The notes: generated by a model from the letters alone, not told the origin. Positions 9,101-19,257 are shown, numbered from the stretch's first letter. The stretch: DNA of 64,000 nt from Methyloversatilis discipulorum (GCA_943371575.1 CALRVI020000001.1:103953-167952); one strand, 5' to 3'. Numbers and translations are program-made.

Positions 9101-11192
9101 TCGGTTGAACGCGCTCTGGCTCAAATTGCTTTGGCCGAGCCTCATCGTGACCGCGATTCTGGCGGGCATCAATCTCATCCCCCGATGGCAAGCCGAGCGG
9201 AGCAATCGAGCGGTTTCCTTGGTTGTCGAGTTCGCCACCGTGCGCGATTTTGCCCTTTCGCAAGGAGTTTCGGTCCCAGATGCACTCGCCGAACTCAGCG
9301 AGATCGGCGTCAAGGCGATTGCTCTCAACGAAAAGACCGCCGGGGATCTGATCTCCTCTGGGCAAGTTTCGGTGACCCCTTCGCCTCAGACCACCCGAGG
9401 GCTGGCGAGCAACGAGTTCCTGATCACAGGTCGGGCGAGTGATCTGGAGTGGATTCAGAGTGCTTACCAGGCGAGAACAGGAAAAAAACTGCTCCAAAGC
9501 GGACTCAGTGGCGCGGTGCCCCGTCAACGGCTGCTCACCGATGATCCGCAGTTTTTGCGTTCGATCACTCTGGGAGTTGATCCGGCTGAGGCAAAGCTCG
9601 TGCGCGATGCGGGCCTTGCAATTGTCGGACGCATCGCAAATCCCATCGGCACGAGTCCGAGGAGCATCGACTGGAACCTGGGCGAGCTCAAGCGCCACGG
9701 GGCGGAATACTATCTCCCGCTCGGCGATGCGGTTCTCGGTGACCGGGAGCTGGTGAACCACACGATTCAAAGCCTCGAATCCAATGGCTTGATCTACGTT
9801 GCCGCGGAGTTTGGCAAAACGAGCGGCGAGAGCAAGATTGTCGGCAAGCTTCAAGATCAAACCGTGCGACTCCATGCCGCTCAAGCGGCGGAGCTTCAGC
9901 GCATGGCTCCGGCGGCGATCGTCGAGCGGTATGTCAAAGCGGCGCGCGAGCGCAATATCCGCATGCTCCTGGTGCGACCAGCCAGTGCATCGGGCGAACA
10001 GCCACTGGGAGAGTTCAACAAGCTTCTGCGCGAAATCCGGCAGGGCTTGGAGCACGATGGCCTGACGCTGAAGGCAGCCCGGCCATTCGCGATGCCGGAG
10101 TCGAATTCGCTCCTCAAACTCATCCTGGGTCTCGCAACGGTGCCGGTGATGGCGTTTGTCGCGAGTCGCCTCTTTTCGGCTGGACTGGTGCAGAGTATGA
10201 CGGTGGTCGGTGCGGGATTGCTTGGTCTGGCCACGATCAGTACCTCCCTCCGCGAGTACACCGCGCTTGCCGCAAGCATCGCTTTCCCGATAGCAGGATA
10301 TCTGTGGTGGTTGGAAAAGGATCGCCGTCCGGTTTGGCTTTTTATCGCGGGGATTTCTGCGTTCAGTTTCGTCGGGGGGCTTCAGGTTGCGGGGCATCTG
10401 ACGGGGCTCAAATACATGCTCCACCTCGACATCTTCACCGGGGTGAAGCTCTCGGTGTTCCTGCCGATTCTCATCGTCGGCTTGATCCTCGCGTTCCGGC
10501 TGAAATCGTGGAAGCAGATCGGCGAAACCCCGGTGCTCTGGGGATCGCTGGTTGCGAGCATTGTCGGGCTCGGCGTGTTAATGTTCATGAACGCCCGCAC
10601 CGGGAACGACAACCCCGCCGCCGTGAGTGGCCTGGAACTCCAGTTCCGTGATCTGCTGGATCGTTTGCTGTTTGTACGTCCCCGGACGAAGGAGTTCCTG
10701 ATCGGTCACCCTGCTCTCGTTGTCGGAGCCTGGCTCGCCCTGGTGGCCCAACAACGCTCCCCAAGTGCCCCGATCCGTTCAGAGTCGGGAGAGTTGGTGT
10801 CTTCTGAGGAAGAATCGGGAACCCCAACCCTCGGCACTGGGGAACAAACCCTCGAATCTCGCCCTCTCCAAACCCCGTTTGGGGAGGGTGGCCAAAGGCC
10901 GGGAGGGGCTGATTCCTCCCCTGCTTCCGCCTCCCACACCGAGACCCCCATCCCGACCCTGAAGGGATCGGGGCACCCGAATGCGCTAAAGCCAGTCGCC
11001 TATCTCCTCCTCGCCGTCGGAGCGATTGGGCAGACCAGCATCGTCAACACGATGTGCCACCTTCACACCCCGATCCACCTCAGCGTGGCCCGAATCCTCT
11101 CAGGACTCGTGGCGGGATGTATACTCGGCGTGCTCGTTATTCTTGTGGCGCAGAGGGTCTGGCCGGATCTGCGAGCACGGGGTTCTGAGTAA
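9090..11192 (+). CDS. Large polytopic membrane protein, DUF5693-like (family that commonly neighbours csaB)
   Basis: One N-terminal TM, a soluble ~330-aa domain, then multiple TM helices. Immediately upstream of csaB (stop TAA directly followed by the csaB ATG). TTG at 9090 is proposed as the start; the ORF is open from 9030 but would overlap the rhomboid gene. Carries an in-frame repeat-element insertion near 10760-10990. Confidence 0.5.
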   Translation: MKIDRLNALWLKLLWPSLIVTAILAGINLIPRWQAERSNRAVSLVVEFATVRDFALSQGVSVPDALAELSEIGVKAIALNEKTAGDLISSGQVSVTPSPQTTRGLASNEFLITGRASDLEWIQSAYQARTGKKLLQSGLSGAVPRQRLLTDDPQFLRSITLGVDPAEAKLVRDAGLAIVGRIANPIGTSPRSIDWNLGELKRHGAEYYLPLGDAVLGDRELVNHTIQSLESNGLIYVAAEFGKTSGESKIVGKLQDQTVRLHAAQAAELQRMAPAAIVERYVKAARERNIRMLLVRPASASGEQPLGEFNKLLREIRQGLEHDGLTLKAARPFAMPESNSLLKLILGLATVPVMAFVASRLFSAGLVQSMTVVGAGLLGLATISTSLREYTALAASIAFPIAGYLWWLEKDRRPVWLFIAGISAFSFVGGLQVAGHLTGLKYMLHLDIFTGVKLSVFLPILIVGLILAFRLKSWKQIGETPVLWGSLVASIVGLGVLMFMNARTGNDNPAAVSGLELQFRDLLDRLLFVRPRTKEFLIGHPALVVGAWLALVAQQRSPSAPIRSESGELVSSEEESGTPTLGTGEQTLESRPLQTPFGEGGQRPGGADSSPASASHTETPIPTLKGSGHPNALKPVAYLLLAVGAIGQTSIVNTMCHLHTPIHLSVARILSGLVAGCILGVLVILVAQRVWPDLRARGSE
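10860..10909 (+). repeat. Full copy of the ~50-nt nested-hairpin repeat, inside a CDS
   Basis: cgccctctccaaaccccgtttggggagggtggccaaaggccgggaggggc, translated in frame as SRPLQTPFGEGGQRPGGA. Confidence 0.9.
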
Positions 11193-12260
11193 ATGGCAAA
11201 GCTGCTTTTGGCGGGATATTTTGGGTCAGGCAATCTAGGGGACGATGCCATCTTGCGCGGTTTTGTGAGCGCAATCCCCGATGACTACAAGTTCCGCGTG
11301 ATCTGCGGAAACCCCGAACGGCTCAATCGACTCCACGGCTACAGCGGCGTAGGCAAAACCGATCTGGCCAAAGTGCGAGAAGCGATCGCCGAATGCGATG
11401 CGCTGGTCTTCCCCGGCGGCAGCATTTTCCAAGATGTCACAAGCGTGCGCAGCGTGGCCTACTATTCTTCCCTCGTCAAGGATGCCAAAAAAGCCGGCAA
11501 GAAAGTGATCATGCTCGGCCAGGGCGTGGGCCCGCTGAATCGGTGGATGGGCAAGCGACTCGCCGCGTCCGCCTTCCAATCTGCCGACATGATTTGTGTC
11601 CGTGACGCCGCCTCGGTCGGTGCGCTCAAGGAACTCGGAATCAAGGGTGTCCCCAAAGTCACCGCCGACAACGCATTTCTTCTCCCGGAACCCCCGCGCA
11701 GCGAAGAATCGAGCAGCTTTGGCGTCGCGGGAATGAAGACGATCGGCGTTTCGGCGCGACCATTCGGCAGAGATAAGAGCAAGGCCGTCATCAAGACTTT
11801 CGCCGAGTTCGTCAAGTTGCTCTCCAACAACGGCTACGTGCCGGTCATGCTCGCCTTGGACGAAGCTGAAGACGCCCATATCATCCAGGAGATCGCCAAG
11901 GTTCACGGCGGCAAGGTGCCGGAGCTCAAGGGCGTCTCGAACCCGATTCAGATGCAGGAGCGCATTTCGCGGATGGAAGCCGTGGTCGCAATGCGGCTTC
12001 ATGCGGGAATCCTCGCAACAACCGTCGGCGTCCCCAGCTACATGGTGAGCTACGATCCGAAAGTCACCGCTTTTGCGAACTCTCTCGGCTACGCAAGCCC
12101 TCCAAGTATCCAGGGGTTGACGGCGGATCGGTTGTTCAATGGGTTCCAAACATTCATCAAAGATCGGGAGCGCACGGCGACGGCCATCCGGGCAAAGCGC
12201 GAGGAACTCGCCAAAGCCGCCCAAGCCAACATCGACGCCCTGCGTGCCTGCCTTGAGTAG
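11193..12260 (+). CDS. csaB: Polysaccharide pyruvyl transferase CsaB
   Basis: The N-terminus MAKLLLAGYFGSGNLGDDAIL and overall length are typical of CsaB-type pyruvyl transferases. GGSIFQDVTS and HAGILA segments are present. Confidence 0.8.
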   Translation: MAKLLLAGYFGSGNLGDDAILRGFVSAIPDDYKFRVICGNPERLNRLHGYSGVGKTDLAKVREAIAECDALVFPGGSIFQDVTSVRSVAYYSSLVKDAKKAGKKVIMLGQGVGPLNRWMGKRLAASAFQSADMICVRDAASVGALKELGIKGVPKVTADNAFLLPEPPRSEESSSFGVAGMKTIGVSARPFGRDKSKAVIKTFAEFVKLLSNNGYVPVMLALDEAEDAHIIQEIAKVHGGKVPELKGVSNPIQMQERISRMEAVVAMRLHAGILATTVGVPSYMVSYDPKVTAFANSLGYASPPSIQGLTADRLFNGFQTFIKDRERTATAIRAKREELAKAAQANIDALRACLE

Positions 12261-15129
12261 CGGTGTCGTTCGATTCGGCCTGGCGGTGTGGCTACTGGGC
12301 GGGTCGGTTGCTTTGGGGTTCGCACACTCCGACAGAGCGTTGGCGGCTGTTTCGCCCCTCCCGGCCTTTGGCCACCCTCCCCGAGTCAAGCTCGGAGAGG
12401 GCGAAATTCGGGAGTTGAGTGGGGATACCTTCGCTTTTCTCCAACCAGACACCCCATCGGAATTGGCTCCTGTGACCCTGGAAACCGGGGAGCAAATTCC
12501 CGATTCTCGCCCTCTCCAAACTTCGTTTGGGGAGGGTGGCCAAAGGCCGGGAGGGGCGGGCACTCCTTCTCTGTCCGAACCACAGTCGCCGCCTCAAACA
12601 GCCCAGGGTCAAACCCAGCCCCCACCCCCCAAAGTCGAAAATCTCCCGGACAAAAAGCCCTCCGCCACCGAGGAGTTCCGACGCTGGCTCGACAACACCC
12701 TGATCGAGCGCACTAAACTTTTCGGTCAGAGACGCCTCGCCTATTCCTTCCGACAGGTCAGTGGCGACAGGACGGCCTACAACACGACGAACGCCGGGGG
12801 ATTCGGCGACCAAAGCTTCACCAACTTGGGATATGTGCGCGTCGAGAGCCGGGGGATCTATGGCTGGCTCAACCTGGACGCGAACCTCCAAGATGCTCGA
12901 TTCGAAGACCCCCAGATCGGTCGGTACCGTCTGTTCACCGAGCGTGGAAAGTGGTCGGGGCAACTGGGCGACGTGACCGCCCGACTCCCGAGCACGAACC
13001 GGTTTGTCCAATACGGACGAAGCGTCAACGGACTCCAGCTCGGCTACAAGTCCGGCGGATTCGAGATCGGGCTGGTGCGCACCAACTCCCGTGGCGAAGC
13101 CCGGACCGTGACGATTCAAGGCACGAACTCGGCAGGCCCCTACTATCTCCAAAGCAGCCAGGTCATCCGAGGGAGCGAGCGGATTGAAGTCGATGGCGTT
13201 GCCCAAATCCTCGGTCAGGATTACACGATCGACTACGAAATTGGCTCCATCACCTTTGTCAATCGCCAAACTCTGCAAGCAAAGTTGATTCCGCCAACGA
13301 GCACGATTGTTGCCACTTACGAATCTCTCAATTTCAGCGGCGGCGGAGGTCGAGTAGAAGGCGGAGTCGTCAACTACAACCTGGGTCGAGGGGGCAAGAT
13401 CGGCCTGACCGGTCTCCGCCAGAAAAGTGGATCCTCGGGCGACCTTTCCACCCGGCTTGAGAAGTTTCAGGGTTTCGGCCCGCCCTCCACGCCGTACTTC
13501 CTGCAATTCGAACCTCTGCTGGACCAACCGGTCGTGATCCGGGTGGATGGTGTCCTGCAAACCGAAGGGGTGGACTACACCTTTGATACAAGCAATCGGG
13601 CGATCTTCTACTTCACCCGATTCATGCCCGCCACCAATCAGATCGACGTGCTCTACACGCCCCGCCCGACATCCTCAAGTACCGGCGATCGCGAGGTTTT
13701 TGGCATTGACTACACCGTGAACCTTGGGCCAGGGACGAATCTGCAACTGAGCCAGGCTACGGGTCGCACCACCAACACCCCGACGCCCAGCTCAGGAACG
13801 GCGCGCAGCGCGCGACTCGGCTATCAACGCGGCCCGTGGACGGCCACCACGTCGACGCGGACGGTGCCGAGCACGTTCGTCAGTGTCGAGTCGGCGGGAT
13901 TCCTGCGCAACGAAGACGCCAGCGATTTCACTCTCCGCCACGCGAGCACGAAGAACGGAAGTCTAAGTTTCAGCTATCTCAATTCGAGCATCACCCGATT
14001 TACCGGGAGCACGGCCACGCCGACCCGGAGCCGATTCTCGCGCTCTGAGGTCAGCTACGACCTCACCCGCGAGGCCACGCGAGCTTTCCCGCTCCGACTC
14101 TCGATTCTTCGAACTAAATCGCGAACCGGCACGAACCAAACCGACGTGGACAGTCTGAACCTGGAGACTTCGCGCACCTGGGGCGGTCTGCGGCTCCAAT
14201 TCGGAGGAAGCCAGCAAAAAGTCAGCGGGACTCAGCCGGCGGATCTCACCACTACGCGACTCCAGGCAAGTTACTCGAGGAGCCGGGAGTGGCAGTTCAC
14301 CGCCGGCTCGTCGCTCAGCTGGATCAGCACGGATACTGACTCCGGCCAAGGCCGAGAACTCTCGCTCACCGCAAACTACAATCCGAGCGACCGATTCAGC
14401 GCGCGTCTCGGCTTCAGTGACAACGATGCGGGCGACCTGAGTAGCCTGGCCGGGATCGACACGGGATACGGGGCGGGATACAACGGCAACGGATTCTCCT
14501 CAGGGGCCGGGTCGAGTTTCGGCGTCGGGGCAACCAACGGCAGGAGTCTCAACCTCTTTGCCAACTGGGAAATGACCGACCGCATCACGGGGCGTCTGAG
14601 CGGAATCATCTTCCGATCCTCGGGCAACTTTAGCTCGAACTCAGAGTCGAAATCTCTCTCCGCAGGCCTCGATGTTGATCTTGGCGATGGCCATATCCTC
14701 TCTGGCGACCTCAGCACGAGCAGCACGGAATTCCTCGATTCCCCGGTCCGGAGCAGCGTGACGACGGGATCGGGATCGATCACCGGATCATTCGGCAAGC
14801 TGAGCTACCGCTTCACGGGAACGGCACTGATCACCGGCGGCACGAGTACTTTCAAGCAGGATTCCTGGAGCTTCGATCTTGGCTTGGACTACCGACTGAG
14901 CAACCGCGAAAACTTGGGATTGCTCATCAACGCCGGGAGGCTCAGCGGCTATCTGCCGCAAGATGAAGCAGACCTTGCGTTCAGCTACCGCTACCAGATC
15001 TGGGAGAACCTCGCTCTCAACGCGAACTATCGCTACCGAAACATTCGCAACCGAGACGCCAGCCTGACCTCGGGCGCTTATCGGTCGAACACATTTGACA
15101 TCGAACTCGGGTTCAATTTCTCTGGCTGA
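12253..15129 (+). CDS. Large outer-membrane beta-barrel protein candidate
   Basis: With a TTG start at 12253 the N-terminus SSGVVRFGLAVWLLGGSVALGFAHSDRALAA is a good signal peptide. The C-terminal ~500 aa are S/T/G/N/Y-rich alternating strands ending ...FDIELGFNFSG. Two repeat-element copies lie in the post-signal linker. The ORF is open from 12139 inside csaB. Confidence 0.55.
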   Translation: MSSGVVRFGLAVWLLGGSVALGFAHSDRALAAVSPLPAFGHPPRVKLGEGEIRELSGDTFAFLQPDTPSELAPVTLETGEQIPDSRPLQTSFGEGGQRPGGAGTPSLSEPQSPPQTAQGQTQPPPPKVENLPDKKPSATEEFRRWLDNTLIERTKLFGQRRLAYSFRQVSGDRTAYNTTNAGGFGDQSFTNLGYVRVESRGIYGWLNLDANLQDARFEDPQIGRYRLFTERGKWSGQLGDVTARLPSTNRFVQYGRSVNGLQLGYKSGGFEIGLVRTNSRGEARTVTIQGTNSAGPYYLQSSQVIRGSERIEVDGVAQILGQDYTIDYEIGSITFVNRQTLQAKLIPPTSTIVATYESLNFSGGGGRVEGGVVNYNLGRGGKIGLTGLRQKSGSSGDLSTRLEKFQGFGPPSTPYFLQFEPLLDQPVVIRVDGVLQTEGVDYTFDTSNRAIFYFTRFMPATNQIDVLYTPRPTSSSTGDREVFGIDYTVNLGPGTNLQLSQATGRTTNTPTPSSGTARSARLGYQRGPWTATTSTRTVPSTFVSVESAGFLRNEDASDFTLRHASTKNGSLSFSYLNSSITRFTGSTATPTRSRFSRSEVSYDLTREATRAFPLRLSILRTKSRTGTNQTDVDSLNLETSRTWGGLRLQFGGSQQKVSGTQPADLTTTRLQASYSRSREWQFTAGSSLSWISTDTDSGQGRELSLTANYNPSDRFSARLGFSDNDAGDLSSLAGIDTGYGAGYNGNGFSSGAGSSFGVGATNGRSLNLFANWEMTDRITGRLSGIIFRSSGNFSSNSESKSLSAGLDVDLGDGHILSGDLSTSSTEFLDSPVRSSVTTGSGSITGSFGKLSYRFTGTALITGGTSTFKQDSWSFDLGLDYRLSNRENLGLLINAGRLSGYLPQDEADLAFSYRYQIWENLALNANYRYRNIRNRDASLTSGAYRSNTFDIELGFNFSG
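12354..12403 (-). repeat. Full copy of the ~50-nt nested-hairpin repeat (inverted orientation), inside a CDS
   Basis: gcccctcccggcctttggccaccctccccgagtcaagctcggagagggcg is the reverse complement of the consensus, with the GAGC/CTCG stem variant. Confidence 0.9.
12508..12557 (+). repeat. Full copy of the ~50-nt nested-hairpin repeat, inside a CDS
   Basis: cgccctctccaaacttcgtttggggagggtggccaaaggccgggaggggc, translated as SRPLQTSFGEGGQRPGGA in the same frame as the copy at 10860. Confidence 0.9.
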
Positions 15130-15189
15130 GAGGGAACGAATCCGTAACCAGAACCCCTCTCAACACGTTAGGGAATTGAGTCAAAGACT

Positions 15190-16473
15190 ATGAAAGCTTT
15201 GTTTGGATTGATGTTGGGTGTGGCTACCCTGGCTTTGGTCGGTTGCGGAGGCGATCTCCTCACCCGGACGGCGACCATTACGGGAACGGTGGTGGATGTG
15301 GATTTCAACCCCGTTCGAGATGCAGAAGTCACCGCGTTTGGCACCACGGTGCGGACCACAAATACCGGTTCGTTCACCCTCACCCAGATGCCGGAAGGCG
15401 ACGTGGACGTTCTCGCCCAAACGACGATCAACGGCACCCGGTATCGAGGTCGCACGGTGATTGTGAACTCGGCGAACCAGCAACAGGGCAGCGTGAACAT
15501 CGTGGTTGGCCCAGAAAGCCAACTCGCAACGATTCGCGGCACGGTGCGCGATGCCGATGGATTCCTCCTCACCGGTGCCTCGGTGTTTGCTTACCTCGGA
15601 TCGGGGAGTTCCCAACGCACCCTCACCGATCGCAACGGCGAGTACATTTTGCGGGACGTGATCGGGAACACCACCTACACGCTCAGCGCAAGCGGTCGCA
15701 CCTTCCGAAGCGATCAGACAACCGTCACGGTCACTCCCGGCACGACGCGAACCCAGAACTTCATCCTGCGCGATGCAGGCTTGCCGTTCCTGAATCCGCC
15801 GCAGAACATCGGTGCCACCTCCTGGGTTGCTCATCCGACTTCTCGTGAACGCGGGGCCGTCGATTGGGTCAAGCAGAAGTTCGATCCTCGTGATCGGCAA
15901 TTCAGCGCGTCCAGCCGCTCGATTCGCAGCGACATGAGCGTGGAAACCGAGCTGTTCTGGGATCGCAATGATTTCGGCGACAAGTTTGGAGTTGGCGTCT
16001 ATCGGGCTCCGAATGCGAGTGGTTCGCTCTCCGGAATCGATCTTTACTTTGATCCGCTTGCCCCGTACTACGTCGATATCGGCCTGAACCCGAGCAGCAC
16101 CTACAGCTACGCGCTCACGACGATCTCTGCGCTTTATCCGGAGTTCTCGAACAACACGGAGAGTGCGCTGAGCAACCGGATTGTTGTGGATACGCTCAAT
16201 CTGCTGAACCTGACGGGAATGGGCCCGGGGATCCGGTTCAACTGGGCCAACGGCTCGGGAGCGCAGAGCTACATCGTGTACCTCTTCGATCAATTCCCGA
16301 CCGCAGGCATCAACCAAATTTGGGATACCGAATCGAACCCCACCACCGGACTCGGGCAAACCTATACAGGCCCAGCCCTTCAAGCAGGTCGGACATACTA
16401 CTATGTGGTGCTGGGCGTGGCCAACGGGAACTCCAGCCGAACGATTAGTAAGGTTGGATCGTTCATTCCCTAG
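15190..16473 (+). CDS. Lipoprotein with carboxypeptidase-regulatory-like (CarboxypepD_reg) beta-sandwich domains
   Basis: Lipobox MKALFGLMLGVATLALVGC. Two units of the type ITGTVVDVDFNPVRDAEVTAFGTTVRTTNTGSFTL and IRGTVRDADGFLLTGASVFAY...TDRNGEYIL. Confidence 0.6.
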   Translation: MKALFGLMLGVATLALVGCGGDLLTRTATITGTVVDVDFNPVRDAEVTAFGTTVRTTNTGSFTLTQMPEGDVDVLAQTTINGTRYRGRTVIVNSANQQQGSVNIVVGPESQLATIRGTVRDADGFLLTGASVFAYLGSGSSQRTLTDRNGEYILRDVIGNTTYTLSASGRTFRSDQTTVTVTPGTTRTQNFILRDAGLPFLNPPQNIGATSWVAHPTSRERGAVDWVKQKFDPRDRQFSASSRSIRSDMSVETELFWDRNDFGDKFGVGVYRAPNASGSLSGIDLYFDPLAPYYVDIGLNPSSTYSYALTTISALYPEFSNNTESALSNRIVVDTLNLLNLTGMGPGIRFNWANGSGAQSYIVYLFDQFPTAGINQIWDTESNPTTGLGQTYTGPALQAGRTYYYVVLGVANGNSSRTISKVGSFIP

Positions 16474-16488
16474 AGGTTTCTGCTCTTG

Positions 16489-19257
16489 ATGCTTGACTCA
16501 CGATTCAGGGCGGCTTCGGCCGCCCTCCTTGTTGCTTTCCTGACCACCTGCGGGGGCGCGAATTCATTGCGGATCGAGGTGGGGGCCACGCGATCCCCGG
16601 AATCGATGGGAGATCGAGTGGATGCAGTGGCGAGGCAGGTGGGTCAGCGCCTGGCGGAGCTCTCCTCCCGTCGCCGAGCCCTGGATTCTTCGTCGGTGCC
16701 GTTCAGCGTGCCGATGCGCGCGACTTTGACGCAAGGCGGGCTTCCTCTCCCGACCGTGCGCGGAGGCTCGCGTGGGCCGGAAGCGGGAGGCGGACTGACC
16801 CTCGCGTTTGAAACGACGGGGGATCGTGCCTTCCCCAGCGACTACCGAGCCTATCTTCAGCAGGTTTTTGCCGCCGCCGAACCCGCGATGACCGCAGTCT
16901 TCGGTCCGCCAGCCACCGCCGGAACCGTCCGGGTGCTCAGCTACGAAGCGGATATCCCGGCCCGGCAGGCCGTGGCGGGAGGCGTTTACGTCGTCAATGG
17001 CCCCCTCGGCCCGGAAATCCGATTCCCCGTCTACCAGAGCCCAGCAAGCACGGCGGTGAACTTCATCCACTGCTTGCTGCTGGCTTATCAGGCCGACAAA
17101 GTCACGCCGTTTGATGCCTACAACGAAGGTCTCGTGCGCGCCGCGACCATGCAAGTCGCTCGTGTTCCTGGATCCATTCCGAGCGTCACCGCTGATTCCA
17201 TCGAGCAAACCCTCGATAACCTGTACGACATCAGTGCCTCCTACCACTGGAGCAACTATCCTGGCGTCGGGGCCCCGAGCTTTATCGCCCCCAACCTCCT
17301 CACCGACCCGCTCCCAGTGGGGGGATCGACGGGGGGGGCCTACTTGCTCCGCTACAAGATGGCAGGAACCGCCTGGTCGAAGGTGCTGACCCAGTACCCC
17401 GCGTTTATCCGGTCGTTCAATCAGAGCTTGTTTGCTGCGCCCTCTCTCTATCAAACCGAGGTCGATCTGGTTCAGCTGGGGCAGACCACGCTGAACTCTG
17501 TCGCCGGTGCCCCGGGGGCGACGATCGAAGGCTTGAGCTTCGCTGATTGGGCACTTCGTCAGGCGATTCTCGATACGCGGCGGAATGCTGGCCTGAAGGT
17601 GGTTCCGGAGGTGTTTCCGCTTTCACCGACCCCAGGAAGTGCCGACTTCGGACCCTTCGCGGTGATCCTACACGCCTTCCGCACATCCAGCGCGGGAAGC
17701 GAAACTTTGCTCGACGGCACCAGTTACCCGCTCTACTGGCGGAACGATTTCACGCGATTCTTCACGGCGGTGCAAGACGACCGGATGTCGGTGACCGGGG
17801 GCTATGGCTCGGTCGCACCGAATTTCCCGGCGAGGACGAGCGCGAACGTGCCGTACCGCGTCGCGATTGATTTGCCCTTCCAAAGCAAGCTCGTTCGGCT
17901 CTACGTTCCGGCGGGATCGATCGCGACAGGCGCGGCTCCGACGGCGAAGAATTTCTACGGGACGCTCGTGGGCTTCGATGGCCAAAACGGTCTCTCGCTC
18001 CAGGTGGACTCCGCCGCCGGGGTTTCGACCATCCCGATCACCGATGGCGCGTTTGGCGCAACGATTGACGCCAGCCTCTTTGATGCCGCGCAGATGGTGC
18101 GGATTCGATTGCTCCAGGGCAGTTCGATTCTGGTGGATCAACGCATCGCCAAAGGCAAGGGCCCGATGGCGGTGGATCTCCGCAGCCCAGCCTCCGACAC
18201 GTCGTTTGTCTTCGCCCGAGAAAATCGTCTAGTCGGCGTTGGATTCCCGATCGATCCTTATCGCCCCAACCCAGCCGACACCTTGAGTCTTCCGGACAAC
18301 CAGACCCTTGTCGCCCGGTGGAATCCCTTCTTTTCTCGCTACGATTTCTATCCGAGTGAAGGCGAATTCCGTCAGGGCCTCGGGTACTTCGTGCGGGGCA
18401 CCACAACCTCGGGGATCCTCGTCCAAGGTCGCACCAGTGAGAAGACTCCGCTCAGCGTGGCTCTCCAGCCTGGATGGAATCTCGTGAGTCTGCCCAGTTC
18501 GACTGCGGTCACAACACTGGATGTCCAAGCCACCACGACCACTCAAGCAGTGGTTCCTTGGTCAGAGGCTCGCGGGGTGCTGGTGGGCGACACCTTCTTC
18601 ACTTTCAACCCTGATCCTGGCAACCCCGATGCCGGGTCTCTGCTGCCCGCGACGACGTTTGAACCAGGGAAAGCCTACTTTGTTCGATGCCTTGCTTCGG
18701 AAGGTGCGGTGCTCGTCTTCAGCAACGGAGCCACCCGGTCACGGAGTCTGCAAACCCTGACCAAGGCTCTGGCCCAAGCCCGAGAACTGCGCGACCCTGC
18801 CGCGCTTCGCAAAGGTGGAGGGGTCACCACAGGGAATACCGGCAACACTGGCAAGGGCGGCGGAAATGGTCTTTCGACTTGGATTGCGAATATCCAGGTG
18901 CGCTCGACCCAAGGCCAGTACTGCGAGGCCGTGCTCGGCATGCAGTCGGGAGCCCAAGCCGGAATCGGAGTCGAAGATCATCCTCTTCCCACTGGCCCAG
19001 GGGGGTTCCAGATGAGCTTCAGCCAGCATGGAAACCTCTACCGTGATGTCCGGCCGATCCTGAGCGGAACGCGCTACCGGGTGACTCTGAGCGGTTTGAT
19101 TCCCGGCACCCAAGTATCGTTTGTGCCGCAATTCTGGATCGGAAGCGCGAATCTGACGGTTCACGGGGTTCCAGGCGGATCGCAGACTCTGCCCCGCACG
19201 GGCCTGGCCTTCTGGCCGACGACCTCGACAATGACTGTGGAGATTGAAGCGCGATGA
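16489..19257 (+). CDS. Large secreted lipoprotein, function unknown
   Basis: Signal/lipobox AASAALLVAFLTTCGG; 922 aa with no recognisable catalytic motif by eye. Tightly linked to the flanking lipoprotein genes, with an ATGA overlap at its 3' end. Confidence 0.5.
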   Translation: MLDSRFRAASAALLVAFLTTCGGANSLRIEVGATRSPESMGDRVDAVARQVGQRLAELSSRRRALDSSSVPFSVPMRATLTQGGLPLPTVRGGSRGPEAGGGLTLAFETTGDRAFPSDYRAYLQQVFAAAEPAMTAVFGPPATAGTVRVLSYEADIPARQAVAGGVYVVNGPLGPEIRFPVYQSPASTAVNFIHCLLLAYQADKVTPFDAYNEGLVRAATMQVARVPGSIPSVTADSIEQTLDNLYDISASYHWSNYPGVGAPSFIAPNLLTDPLPVGGSTGGAYLLRYKMAGTAWSKVLTQYPAFIRSFNQSLFAAPSLYQTEVDLVQLGQTTLNSVAGAPGATIEGLSFADWALRQAILDTRRNAGLKVVPEVFPLSPTPGSADFGPFAVILHAFRTSSAGSETLLDGTSYPLYWRNDFTRFFTAVQDDRMSVTGGYGSVAPNFPARTSANVPYRVAIDLPFQSKLVRLYVPAGSIATGAAPTAKNFYGTLVGFDGQNGLSLQVDSAAGVSTIPITDGAFGATIDASLFDAAQMVRIRLLQGSSILVDQRIAKGKGPMAVDLRSPASDTSFVFARENRLVGVGFPIDPYRPNPADTLSLPDNQTLVARWNPFFSRYDFYPSEGEFRQGLGYFVRGTTTSGILVQGRTSEKTPLSVALQPGWNLVSLPSSTAVTTLDVQATTTTQAVVPWSEARGVLVGDTFFTFNPDPGNPDAGSLLPATTFEPGKAYFVRCLASEGAVLVFSNGATRSRSLQTLTKALAQARELRDPAALRKGGGVTTGNTGNTGKGGGNGLSTWIANIQVRSTQGQYCEAVLGMQSGAQAGIGVEDHPLPTGPGGFQMSFSQHGNLYRDVRPILSGTRYRVTLSGLIPGTQVSFVPQFWIGSANLTVHGVPGGSQTLPRTGLAFWPTTSTMTVEIEAR

